Source: Chloroflexota bacterium
GTDB taxonomy: Bacteria; Chloroflexota; Dehalococcoidia; Lucifugimonadales; UBA3495
Length of the DNA: 64,000 nt
Direction of reading: 5' to 3'
Assembly: GCA_027623675.1 (NCBI GenBank)
Contig: JAQBVF010000004.1
Location: forward strand, 1 to 64,000
The notes under the pieces are model-generated. The model was not told the DNA's origin. It was given only the letters and a program-made list of their open reading frames with translations, and made no database searches. The stretch's first letter is position 1, and every line of letters begins with the position of its first letter. The translations under genes were made by a program, and so were the position numbers. This document shows, piece by piece, positions 9,975 to 19,438 of the stretch.

Positions 9975-10832
9975 ATGAAGATCGGGGCGCATGTATCCAC
10001 CGCCGGGGGGATCGGGAAAGCGGTTGGCCGGGGACAAGAGATCGGCTGCGAAGCGATCCAGATATTCGGCTCGTCGCCCCAGTCCTGGGCCTTCAAGCCC
10101 GTGCCCGGCGAGCAGATAGAGTCTTTCAAGCAGGGGCTGGCCGACGCGGGCATCGGCGCGGTGTTCTTGCATGCCATCTACCTGATCAACCTGGGGACCC
10201 CCAACCCGGAAAGTCTGAAAAAAGGCATCGATTCGCTGATCAAGTACCTGGACCTGGCGGCCAGCCTGGGAGCCCACGGCGTGATATTCCATCCTGGCAG
10301 TCATGGAGGCCGGGGCTACGAGGCGGTGCTGCCCCAGGCGGTGGACGCCATCAAGGAAGTCTTGGATAGCGCGCCCGACGGCCCCTGCCTGGCGGTTGAG
10401 AACATGGCCGGCATGGGGCAGCACATCGGCGCCAAGTTCGACGAACTGGGGGGCATCCTTGAGGCGGTGGACAGTCCTCGCTTGAAGATCTGCCTGGACA
10501 CCCAACATTCCTTCGCCGCCGGGTACGATCTGACCAACCCCGCGGGCATACAGGCGATGCTGGATGAACTGGACGCCGGTCCCGGCAGCGCCAATGTGGC
10601 GGCGGTCCATGCCAACGATTCAAAGCGGGTCTGCGGGTCGGGGGTGGACCGGCATGACAACATAGGCGACGGTTTCATCGGTGGGGCAGGGTTCGCCGCC
10701 ATCATGGCCAACCCGGCCTTCGCCGATGTGCCGTTCCTGCTGGAGGTGCCTGGGTTCGAGGGCAACGGACCCGACCAGCAGAACATAGACATACTGAAAG
10801 AGATACGGCAGCAAGCTGGGCTTTCAGCGTGA
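9975..10832 (+). CDS. nfo: Endonuclease IV (AP endonuclease 2)
   Basis: IGAHVSTAGG, HAIYLINL, FHPGS, ENMAG, CLDTQH, HANDS, DRHDNIGDG. Confidence 0.95.
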   Translation: MKIGAHVSTAGGIGKAVGRGQEIGCEAIQIFGSSPQSWAFKPVPGEQIESFKQGLADAGIGAVFLHAIYLINLGTPNPESLKKGIDSLIKYLDLAASLGAHGVIFHPGSHGGRGYEAVLPQAVDAIKEVLDSAPDGPCLAVENMAGMGQHIGAKFDELGGILEAVDSPRLKICLDTQHSFAAGYDLTNPAGIQAMLDELDAGPGSANVAAVHANDSKRVCGSGVDRHDNIGDGFIGGAGFAAIMANPAFADVPFLLEVPGFEGNGPDQQNIDILKEIRQQAGLSA

Positions 10833-11197
10833 TTAACATGACCAATCGGGAGTTTGTGCGTCTGGTGCGCCAAGCCTACCGGGAGATGCCGCCACACGTG
10901 ATTCAGGCTTTGGAAAACGTCGACGTGGCGGTGGAAGACTGGCCCGGCCCCGATGAAGAAGACCTGCTGAACGATGAAGGCACCCTCTTTGGACTGTACA
11001 CCGGTGTGCCTTTGACCGAGCGCGAGGGCGGAGGCGGTATGCTGCCCGACCGTATCGTCATCTACCGGCAGCCCATCCTGCGGAGTTGCTCCAGCCGCAC
11101 CGAGGCCGAACATGAGATTAAGGTGACTCTGTGGCACGAGATCGGTCATTATCTGGGCATGAGCGAGGACGATCTGCACCGCCTGGGCTACGGTTAA
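10829..11197 (+). CDS. Zincin-like metallopeptidase (DUF1025-like)
   Basis: LFGLYTGVPLTER, PDRIVIYRQPI, HEIGHYLG; start 10829 or 10838. Confidence 0.85.
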   Translation: MINMTNREFVRLVRQAYREMPPHVIQALENVDVAVEDWPGPDEEDLLNDEGTLFGLYTGVPLTEREGGGGMLPDRIVIYRQPILRSCSSRTEAEHEIKVTLWHEIGHYLGMSEDDLHRLGYG

Positions 11198-11658
11198 TGG
11201 CGGTTATCTCGCGGCGGGCCGGCTGGGCGTTGGGCACGGGCCTGGGCCTGGGTTTGGCCCCCATCGCGCCGGCCACGGTGGCCAGCCTGGCGGCGGTGCT
11301 GCTCTACGGCTTCTCCCCATTGAACGAGGACTCGGTTGGGTTCTTTCTGCTCTGCGGAGTGGGTTTCTTGGTCGGGACCTGGGCGTGCCAGACACTCATC
11401 ACCCAAGCCGATCACGACCCCAAGCGGGCGGTCTGGGACGAATTCATCGGCCTATGGGTCACCTGCCTGTTCCTGCCCAAGACACTGCCCTGGCTGGCGG
11501 CGGCGTTCGTGGTGTTCCGTGTGCTGGACATCTGGAAGCCTTGGCCCATCCGCCGCTTTGAACGGCTGCCCGGCGGTCTGGGCATCATGGCCGACGACCT
11601 GGCGGCTGGAGCGGTGGGGGCTGTTGGCTTGAACGCGGTCTACCGGATTCTTAACTAA
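11197..11658 (+). CDS. pgpA: Phosphatidylglycerophosphatase A
   Basis: DHDPKRAVWDEFIG, FRVLDIWKPWPI, GGLGIMADDLAAG; ATG overlaps the upstream TAA. Confidence 0.92.
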   Translation: MAVISRRAGWALGTGLGLGLAPIAPATVASLAAVLLYGFSPLNEDSVGFFLLCGVGFLVGTWACQTLITQADHDPKRAVWDEFIGLWVTCLFLPKTLPWLAAAFVVFRVLDIWKPWPIRRFERLPGGLGIMADDLAAGAVGAVGLNAVYRILN

Positions 11659-11955
11659 TCACTGGGTCATCCCGGCCGGAGATTCGCCTGGCCGATCTCC
11701 GGAACGAGAACGCCAGAACGCGTTGCGTAACCCGGCTTAGCCGGCCGGGTTCGTTGCCCGGTAAATAGCCGCTATGCTATACTCTGACAAGCATCAACCC
11801 GCCCCGTTCTTAGCTTCGATCCAGGCTCAGTCTAGGTCTGGCTATTTCAAGTTATTGTCACGGACGGCGGGGATTTTGCGGGTCACGCCGCACCCTGCGG
11901 TGGACTCTCGGACGTAGCCGGTCTGATTGGCCGGCGAGATGGAAAGGTAAAACCT

Positions 11956-13092
11956 ATGGTAGAGTCTCTCGGAGACATGGCACAGCCGGCCCCTGAAGAA
12001 CCGGTATCGACACCCGCGCCCCGGCAATCCCCAGTGGCCACGGCAACCCCCGAACCACCGCGCGCGCCCGCGCCTCATGCGATTCCCCAGCGCGAACACC
12101 TCACGATGAAGGCACTTCTCGAGGCCGGAGTCCATTTCGGGCATCAGACCCGGCGGTGGAACCCCGCCATGAAGCGGTACATCTTCACCCAGAGGAACGG
12201 CATCCACATCATCGACCTGCAACAGACGTTGGGCATGATCAACAACGTCTATCAAGAGATGGTGGACCTGGTTTCCAAGGGCGGCAAAGTCTTGTTCGTC
12301 GGGACCAAGCGCCAGGCCCAAGAAGTGATCCAGAGCGAGGCCGAGCGTTGCGGCATGCTGTACGTCAACCAACGGTGGTTGGGCGGCACCATGACCAACT
12401 TCCAGACCATTAAGACCCGCATCGCCTACATGTTGGAATTGCAGCAGAAACGAGACCAAGGCTACTTCCGTCTGCTGCCCAAGAAAGAGGGCGTGAAGCT
12501 ACGCGACACACTGAACCGGTTGGAGAAATACTTCACCGGTGTGCGGGACATGACCGAGGTTCCCAAGGCCATCTTCGTCATTGACATCGGCCGGGAAGAC
12601 ATCTGCATCGCCGAAGCCCAGCGGATGGGCGTCGAGGTCTTCGCCATCGTCGACTCCGACTGCGACCCCAACAAGGTTGATCACATCATCCCTGGCAACG
12701 ACGACGCCGTCCGGTCGATTCGCTTGATCACCAACCGCATGGCCTCCGCCGTCCTGGAAGGGCTCGCCCAGCGCGAAGCCCTGTTGCAGGCCCAACTTGA
12801 AGAGGCGGCCAACGCCGACCAGTCGCAGTTCATGACTGCCTACGTTTCGCCCGACGATGACGATGAGGAAGAGGGGCTTCCCGAGATGGAAGGTCTGGAC
12901 ACCACCACCGTCGCCGACGTCCTGCCGTCCGCGCCTGCAGCGCCAGTGACCCAGGCCCCCGAAGCAGTGGTTGCCGAGCCGGTGGCCGAAGCGCCGGCGC
13001 CTGAAGCAGTGGTTGCCGACCCGATAGCGGAAGCGGCCGCTCCTGAAGAACCGGCCGCGGAAGAACCCAGCGAGGGCCAGAAAGACGAATAA
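11956..13092 (+). CDS. rpsB: 30S ribosomal protein S2 with N- and C-terminal low-complexity extensions
   Basis: LLEAGVHFGHQTRRWNP, FVGTKRQA, RWLGGTMTNF, IPGNDDAVRSI. Confidence 0.97.
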   Translation: MVESLGDMAQPAPEEPVSTPAPRQSPVATATPEPPRAPAPHAIPQREHLTMKALLEAGVHFGHQTRRWNPAMKRYIFTQRNGIHIIDLQQTLGMINNVYQEMVDLVSKGGKVLFVGTKRQAQEVIQSEAERCGMLYVNQRWLGGTMTNFQTIKTRIAYMLELQQKRDQGYFRLLPKKEGVKLRDTLNRLEKYFTGVRDMTEVPKAIFVIDIGREDICIAEAQRMGVEVFAIVDSDCDPNKVDHIIPGNDDAVRSIRLITNRMASAVLEGLAQREALLQAQLEEAANADQSQFMTAYVSPDDDDEEEGLPEMEGLDTTTVADVLPSAPAAPVTQAPEAVVAEPVAEAPAPEAVVADPIAEAAAPEEPAAEEPSEGQKDE

Positions 13093-13146
13093 TCTTCCGG
13101 TTTCTTTACTCTACGGCCAGATTTGGCCGGCGTTAGGAGCGATCAA

Positions 13147-13650
13147 TTGGCGGTTAGTGTAGAACTGGTACGGGCCCTGCGCGACCAGACCGGCGCGGGA
13201 ATAATGGAATGTAAAGAAGCCTTGGAGAAGTCCGGCGGCGACTTGGAAAAGGCCATCGGCGCCCTGCGCGAGAAGGGGCTTGCCGGCGTGGCCAAGCGGG
13301 TGGGCCGGGATACCACTGAAGGTGTTATTGAGACCTACTTGCACACCGGCGGACGTGTCGGGGCCATGGTTGAACTCGGCTGTGAGACCGACTTCGTCGC
13401 CCGGACCGAAGAGTTTCAGAAACTGGCCCACGACATCGCGATGCAGGTAGCGGCCATGGGGCCGGAGTATGTGGACAAAGACGATATCAAGGAAGGGGAC
13501 ACCCGCCCTCCCGCCCAAACGTGCCTCATGCTGCAGCCCTATATCAAGAACAGCTCCTCCTCGGTCGGCGAAATGATTAAAGAGCTCGCCGCCAAGGTCG
13601 GAGAGAACGTTCGAGTGGTCCGGTTCACCAGATTAGCAGTCGGCGAATAG
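13147..13650 (+). CDS. tsf: Elongation factor Ts (short form)
   Basis: LRDQTGAGIMECKEAL, ELGCETDFVA, GENVRVVRF; TTG start after AGGAG. Confidence 0.95.
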   Translation: MAVSVELVRALRDQTGAGIMECKEALEKSGGDLEKAIGALREKGLAGVAKRVGRDTTEGVIETYLHTGGRVGAMVELGCETDFVARTEEFQKLAHDIAMQVAAMGPEYVDKDDIKEGDTRPPAQTCLMLQPYIKNSSSSVGEMIKELAAKVGENVRVVRFTRLAVGE

Positions 13651-13664
13651 TTAATACCTAAGGC

Positions 13665-14390
13665 ATGCCAAAACCCAGATACCGCCGCGTAATGCTGAAG
13701 ATCAGTGGCGAATCCCTCAAGGGGGATACGCCGTTCGGCATTGACCCAGGAGCAGTTAGCTATCTCGCTGGCCAGATCGGTGAAGCTGCCAATCTGGGCG
13801 TGGAGATAGCCGTCGTTATGGGCGGAGGCAACATCTGGAGAGGGGAGGCAGCCGAGTCCAGGGGCATGGACCGGGCGACCGCCGACTACGCCGGTATGCT
13901 GGCCACCATCATCAATGCGCTGGCCCTTCAAGACAGCCTGGAGCAGCAGGGTATCGACGTTCGGACCCAGAGCGCCCTGCAGATGCAGGCCGTGGCCGAG
14001 CCTTACATCCGCCGGCGGGCGATTCGTCACTTGGAGAAAGGCCGGGTTGTGCTCTTTGCCGCAGGCACGGGTAATCCATACATGACGACCGACACCGCGT
14101 CGGCGCTCCGGTCCTTGGAGATCAGCGCCGATGTGCTGCTGATGGCCAAGAACAACGTTGACGGCGTGTATGACTCAGATCCAAACCAGAACCCGGACGC
14201 CGTCCGGTACGGCAACCTGGATTATATGGACGCCTTGAGCAAGCGGCTGGCGGTTATGGATTCCACGGCTCTTTCACTGTGCATGGACAACAGATTGCCC
14301 ATAGTGGTCTTCAATGTTTTTGAACCGGGGACCATGGGCAGGATCTTGAAAGGCGAAACTGTAGGGACTTTAATATCCGGGAGGGACTGA
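13665..14390 (+). CDS. pyrH: UMP kinase
   Basis: [41 protein letters not shown]. Confidence 0.97.
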   Translation: MPKPRYRRVMLKISGESLKGDTPFGIDPGAVSYLAGQIGEAANLGVEIAVVMGGGNIWRGEAAESRGMDRATADYAGMLATIINALALQDSLEQQGIDVRTQSALQMQAVAEPYIRRRAIRHLEKGRVVLFAAGTGNPYMTTDTASALRSLEISADVLLMAKNNVDGVYDSDPNQNPDAVRYGNLDYMDALSKRLAVMDSTALSLCMDNRLPIVVFNVFEPGTMGRILKGETVGTLISGRD

Positions 14391-14392
14391 CT

Positions 14393-14974
14393 ATGCCTCC
14401 GACAGACGCTGACCTAACCCCTGAAAAGGTTCTGTCCGAAGTTTCCACTAAGATGGACCGCGCCGTGGATGCTTTCAAGCGAGACCTGAACCAGCTTCGC
14501 ACCGGCCGGGCAACGCCGGCGCTGGTGGAGAACATCGAGGTCGACTACTACGGGAACATGACTCCGCTGAAGCAGATTGCCTCGATCTCAGCGCCCGACG
14601 CCAGGGCGGTCATGATTCAGCCCTGGGACAGAGGCTCATTGCGGGAGATCGAAAAGAGTTTGATGGCCTCCGAGATGGGGTTCAACCCTTCCAACGACGG
14701 CTCCACCATCACTGTGCCGATCCCTCCGCTAACCACGGAGCGCCGCCAAGAGATGGTCAAGATGCTCAAGCGAAAGATCGAAGACGGCAAGGTCTCCGTT
14801 AGGAACGTGCGGCGGGACGGACAAGAATCGCTGCGCAAGATGGAAAAGGACAAGGCGATCTCCCAAGACGAGAACCGCCGCGCCCAAGAGCGATTGCAGA
14901 AGACCACCGACGGCCACACCAAGCTGATCGACGAGACTGGTTCCGCCAAAGAGGCGGAGATCATGCAGGTCTAA
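14393..14974 (+). CDS. frr: Ribosome recycling factor
   Basis: LRTGRATP, IQPWD, PPLTTERR, VRNVRRD. Confidence 0.97.
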   Translation: MPPTDADLTPEKVLSEVSTKMDRAVDAFKRDLNQLRTGRATPALVENIEVDYYGNMTPLKQIASISAPDARAVMIQPWDRGSLREIEKSLMASEMGFNPSNDGSTITVPIPPLTTERRQEMVKMLKRKIEDGKVSVRNVRRDGQESLRKMEKDKAISQDENRRAQERLQKTTDGHTKLIDETGSAKEAEIMQV

Positions 14975-14978
14975 CGCG

Positions 14979-15791
14979 GTGCAGGTCGAGTCTCCCCCAC
15001 CCCACCCTGCCGAGAACAACGCCAATATACCGGTCCATGTGGCTTTCATCATGGACGGAAACGGTCGGTGGGCCCAAAAGCAGGGTCTTCCCCGCGTCGC
15101 CGGTCACGAGGTTGGCGTACAGTGTATCCAGGCCGTATTGGAGACCCTGGGGGCAAAGGGCGTGCAGTACGTAACGGTCTACGCCTTCTCCACCGAGAAC
15201 TGGGGCCGCCCCCAAGATGAGGTCGACGGCATCATGGATGTCTTCTCGCAGGCGATCGCCAGCCAGACCGAAGCGCTGCACGAGAAGAATGTACGCATCG
15301 TCCATCTGGGCCGGACCGAGAACATGGCCCAGGACCTGCGCGATGCCGTGGCCGAATCCCAGCGTCTAACCGCCGGCAACACTGGTATCACCTTCAACGT
15401 TGCCTTCGATTACGGCGGCCGAGTCGAGATTTTGGAGGCCGTCCGGCGCATCATCAAAGACGGGCTCAGCCCGGACGCCATCGACGAAGAACTGTTCAGC
15501 CGGTATCTTTTCACCGCCCATTGCCCCGACCCCGACCTGATCATCCGCACCGGCGGGGAGCAACGCATCAGCAATTTCCTCCTCTGGCAGTCGGCTTATA
15601 GCGAGATTTACCATACCCCCACCCTGTGGCCCGACTTGGACACGGAGGAGTTAGAGCGGGTGTTGGAGGCCTTCAGCCGCCGCCGCCGCCGTTACGGCGG
15701 TCTTAATCCCGAAGACCAGCCCGAATACCAGCACGAGGGCCAGCCGGACGACCGACACGAAGACGACAGCCCCCAAGTCCTTCAAGAGTAG
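14979..15791 (+). CDS. uppS: Polyprenyl (undecaprenyl) diphosphate synthase
   Basis: HVAFIMDGNGRWA, YAFSTENWGRP, DLIIRTGGEQRISNFLLWQ. Confidence 0.96.
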   Translation: MQVESPPPHPAENNANIPVHVAFIMDGNGRWAQKQGLPRVAGHEVGVQCIQAVLETLGAKGVQYVTVYAFSTENWGRPQDEVDGIMDVFSQAIASQTEALHEKNVRIVHLGRTENMAQDLRDAVAESQRLTAGNTGITFNVAFDYGGRVEILEAVRRIIKDGLSPDAIDEELFSRYLFTAHCPDPDLIIRTGGEQRISNFLLWQSAYSEIYHTPTLWPDLDTEELERVLEAFSRRRRRYGGLNPEDQPEYQHEGQPDDRHEDDSPQVLQE

Positions 15792-15808
15792 GGAGAAGGA
15801 AAGACTTC

Positions 15809-16672
15809 TTGCTCCAGCGGTCGCTTACGGCGTTGGTTGGGATTCCCGTATTGGCCGCCGCCATCTGGGTTGGCGCGCCGTGGTTGACCGTGATGGTCCT
15901 CGTGGCCGGGTTGATCGGCATCTGGGAACTTTACCGCTTGACCCCAGTCGGTGTCGGTCCATTGCCTTTCATCTTGGGCGCTGCCTGGGTGGCGTCTTTC
16001 GTTCTGGGTGCGCAGGCCGCATCCGGGCGCGATAACTACCTCATCATCTCCGGTGGCGTCGCGGCGGCCGGTTCGTTCGCTGCGCTGCTTTGGTTCACCG
16101 CCTTTTACCGGGGAAATATCCCCGCCGGGTCCTGCTACCTGGTGGGAGGCCCGCTCTACGTTGGCTTTCTCCTGGCCCATGCGTTGATGTTGCGGGAGAT
16201 CACGGGGGGAGGGCCCGAGTCGGGAAGCAGTCCCGATGCGGTGTCGGTGATGTCGTTTCACCTGGGACGCAGTTGGCTCTTGTTCGCTATTTTAGTCACG
16301 TTTGCCACCGACACCGGGGCATACCTGGTGGGGCGCACGGTGGGCCGCCATCCCATGGCCCCGGTAATCAGCCCCAACAAGACCTGGGAGGGCAGCCTGG
16401 GCGGTTTCGCTGCCGCAGTGGGCGCGGCGTTGTTGTTGGGCCTGGTTTTCGACCTGGGCATACCGGCGTGGCAGCAGGTTGTGATCGGCGCCGTGGTGGG
16501 CGTAGTAACCCAACTGGGAGACTTGCTTGAATCTAAACTGAAGCGGATTGCCGCCGTTAAGGACGCTGGTAGTATAATCCCTGGGCACGGCGGACTCCTT
16601 GACCGGCTGGACAGCATATTGTTTGCCATTCCGGCAGTCTATTACCTGGTCGCAATCGTGTTCGTTCCGTGA
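15809..16672 (+). CDS. cdsA: Phosphatidate cytidylyltransferase
   Basis: DTGAYLVG, ISPNKTWEG, GDLLESKLKR, KDAGSIIPGHGGLLDRLDS. Confidence 0.96.
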   Translation: MLQRSLTALVGIPVLAAAIWVGAPWLTVMVLVAGLIGIWELYRLTPVGVGPLPFILGAAWVASFVLGAQAASGRDNYLIISGGVAAAGSFAALLWFTAFYRGNIPAGSCYLVGGPLYVGFLLAHALMLREITGGGPESGSSPDAVSVMSFHLGRSWLLFAILVTFATDTGAYLVGRTVGRHPMAPVISPNKTWEGSLGGFAAAVGAALLLGLVFDLGIPAWQQVVIGAVVGVVTQLGDLLESKLKRIAAVKDAGSIIPGHGGLLDRLDSILFAIPAVYYLVAIVFVP

Positions 16673-16738
16673 GAGAAAGCCTGCCTGCCACCGCGTTGGT
16701 TTTGGGAAGAATTGCTTGCTGGTAACGGTGTTAGTTTC

Positions 16739-17866
16739 GTGAAGAGAATCGTCGTACTCGGGTCTACCGGGTCCATCGGCCGCCAGACCTTGGACATCGT
16801 CCGGGCGTTTCCGGACGAGTTTGAAGTCGTCGGCTTGGCCGCCGGCAACAACATCGAACTGTTCTTAGAGCAAGTCAAAGAGTTCAGCCCCAAACACGTC
16901 TGCTGCATCAATCCTCCTTCCGGGGCCTTCTCCGGCGTCGAATATACCAAGATGGAAGACATGGTGGCCTTGGACAATGTGGACCAGGTGATGGTCGCCC
17001 TGATGGGCAGCGTAGGCCTGGCGCCCACTCTGAACGCCCTCAAGGCCGGCAAGTCGGTGGCGCTCTCCAACAAAGAACCCATCGTGATGGCCGGCGGCCT
17101 GATCAAGGAATATGAATCGCTCTACGGCGGCGAGGTGCTGCCGGTTGACAGCGAGCCCAGCGCCATTTGGCAGTGTTTGCGGGGCGAGGACAACGAGATA
17201 CTGCGTTTGCTGATCACCGCATCCGGCGGGCCGTTCCGGACCACGCCCATCAGCGAGATGGACGCCGTAACCCCGGAACGAGCGCTGCAGCACCCAACTT
17301 GGAAGATGGGCAAGAAGATAACGATAGACTCTGCTACGCTAATGAATAAGGCGTTCGAAGTGATCGAGACGCACTGGTTATTCAGCGTACCCTGGGACAG
17401 GATCGAAGTTGTGGTCCACCCGCAGAGCACGATACATTCCATGGTCGAGTTTGCCGACGGTTCGGTGAAGGCCCAGATGGGTCCGCCCGACATGAGGCTG
17501 CCGATCCAATACGCGCTGTTCTACCCCAAACGCCTGCCCAACGCCATGATTCCCAGGCTGGACACCAAAAAATCGCATGCCCTGACCTTTGACCCGTTGG
17601 AGCCGGCGCGTTACCCCTGCTTCGACATCGCGTTATCGGCGGCGCAGAAAGGCGGCACCTATCCCGCTGTCCTGAGCGCGGCCGACGAGGTGGCGGTACA
17701 GGCATTCTTGGATTCAAAGATCGGGTTCACCGACATAGCCAAGGTCATTGACCGCGTTCTGTCCGAGCACGATTCCATGCCCGGCGCCACGGTGGATGAG
17801 TTTATAGAAGCGGACCGTTGGGCCACGGGGCGGACAGCCGAACTGACCAACGGCCATAGAACCTGA
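16739..17866 (+). CDS. dxr: 1-deoxy-D-xylulose 5-phosphate reductoisomerase
   Basis: LGSTGSIG, NKE, PVDSE, TASGGPF, HPTWKMGKKITIDSATLMNK; probable GTG start. Confidence 0.96.
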   Translation: MKRIVVLGSTGSIGRQTLDIVRAFPDEFEVVGLAAGNNIELFLEQVKEFSPKHVCCINPPSGAFSGVEYTKMEDMVALDNVDQVMVALMGSVGLAPTLNALKAGKSVALSNKEPIVMAGGLIKEYESLYGGEVLPVDSEPSAIWQCLRGEDNEILRLLITASGGPFRTTPISEMDAVTPERALQHPTWKMGKKITIDSATLMNKAFEVIETHWLFSVPWDRIEVVVHPQSTIHSMVEFADGSVKAQMGPPDMRLPIQYALFYPKRLPNAMIPRLDTKKSHALTFDPLEPARYPCFDIALSAAQKGGTYPAVLSAADEVAVQAFLDSKIGFTDIAKVIDRVLSEHDSMPGATVDEFIEADRWATGRTAELTNGHRT

Positions 17867-17914
17867 TTGGTCTTCCCGCCGTAATAGTCATTAGTAACCT
17901 CTAGAAAACACTTC

Positions 17915-19240
17915 ATGCAAACTGCCCTCATAGCCATCGGTTCTTTGGTGCCACTGCTCGTATTGCTGGTGGTCATACACGAATTCGGCCATTTCGCCAC
18001 CGCCCGCGCCATGGGCGTTAAGGTGCTGGAATTTGGCGTTGGCTTCCCTCCCAAGGCCTTCGGTTTCTACACGGGGAACACGCCGGTCCTGGTGAACGGC
18101 GCGACCCGGTTCGTCGGCCTTACCGCGGCTGACTTCTCCCGAGGCCAACAGGTAAAGGTAAGCTCCACGGAAGACGCACGGGGCAACCTGGTGGCCCGGA
18201 TAATCGAGATCAGCCGGAAGAGGGTTAGGGGCGAGCAGGCTGAGGAACCGGAAGAACGACCCGGCGAAGCCGATCTTCTGAAGCACGAGGGCAAGGTGCG
18301 CTCCGTCGGCGCCGACGGGTCGTTCGTTCTGGCCGACATGCTTTACTCGGTGAACTGGGCGCCCATCGGCGGGTTCGTCCGATTGGCCGGCGAGTCCAAC
18401 CCGAACGTACCGCGCAGTCTCGCCAGTAAGGGCACCGGCACCCGCTTCCTGGTCCTGATCGCCGGGCCGTTCATGAACGCCATACTCCCCCTGCTCATCT
18501 TCACAGTGGTGCTGATGATTCCCCAGGAAGTTCTGGTGGGGCGGCTGATGATCTCCGAGGTTGGTGAGAACACGGCGGCCGCGGCGGCGCAGGTACGGCC
18601 GGGTGACATCGTCATTGCGGCCAACGGCGAAGAGATCGAGAACCAACTGGAGTTCACCCGCGAGATCAACCTTAACGGCGGGTCGATGATGGACCTGCTG
18701 GTGGAAAGGGACGGTCAGGAGCTTTTGCTGAACGTCCGGCCCAGGTTCGACACCGAGTCGGCCCGGTGGCTGGTCGGCGTTAGGCCCCAGTTGGTCGACG
18801 CCCAGGTTGTGAAGCGCGCCGACTCCCTGTTCGAGGCCATCCCCAACAGCTTCGTCAACACCTGGGAGATGTTGGTCCTGGTTAAGCAGGCCATTGGCGG
18901 GGCCTTCGGCGAAGGTTCGTCGCCCGAGTTTTCCGGCCCGATCGGCATCGCCCAGGTCACGGGAGAGATCACCCGCGACGGAGGCTGGATCGGTTGGCTG
19001 GGGGTGGCCATCCTGCTCAGCATCAACCTGGCGATCTTGAACGTGCTGCCCATACCCATGCTGGATGGCGGCCGGCTGTTCTTCGTAGTTCTGGAATGGG
19101 CGCGCCGGGGTAAGAAGATTCCGGCTGAGAAAGAGGGCATGGTGCATCTGATCGGTTTCGCCCTGCTGATCGGCGGCATCCTGCTGGTGAGCGTGAACGA
19201 CGTCAGCCGGCTGATCGACGGACGCAGTTTCCTGGGCTGA
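17915..19240 (+). CDS. rseP: Site-2 protease RseP (M50, PDZ) with an extra inserted domain
   Basis: HEFGH, PIGGFVRL, AGPFMN, PDZ region, NVLPIPMLDGG. Confidence 0.92.
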   Translation: MQTALIAIGSLVPLLVLLVVIHEFGHFATARAMGVKVLEFGVGFPPKAFGFYTGNTPVLVNGATRFVGLTAADFSRGQQVKVSSTEDARGNLVARIIEISRKRVRGEQAEEPEERPGEADLLKHEGKVRSVGADGSFVLADMLYSVNWAPIGGFVRLAGESNPNVPRSLASKGTGTRFLVLIAGPFMNAILPLLIFTVVLMIPQEVLVGRLMISEVGENTAAAAAQVRPGDIVIAANGEEIENQLEFTREINLNGGSMMDLLVERDGQELLLNVRPRFDTESARWLVGVRPQLVDAQVVKRADSLFEAIPNSFVNTWEMLVLVKQAIGGAFGEGSSPEFSGPIGIAQVTGEITRDGGWIGWLGVAILLSINLAILNVLPIPMLDGGRLFFVVLEWARRGKKIPAEKEGMVHLIGFALLIGGILLVSVNDVSRLIDGRSFLG

Positions 19241-19438
19241 TCCGCGCCCAAAACACGGCTGCCAACTCCGAGATTCTCCTTCCCCATGCCGCGCCCAGCG
19301 GATGCGTTACACTCTGGCACCTTTTTTCCTATTCGTGTACCATTATGCTGCCTTCGCATCGTATGGCGAGGTATGTATATCCAGGCGTAGAAATGGCAGA
19401 AAAATCACCTGGTGGCCTGATGTTGAGGAAAGAGCGAA

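Noticed and set aside
11790..11955. rpsB autoregulatory leader RNA
   Set aside because: A long structured leader is plausible, but I could not match a defined motif by eye.
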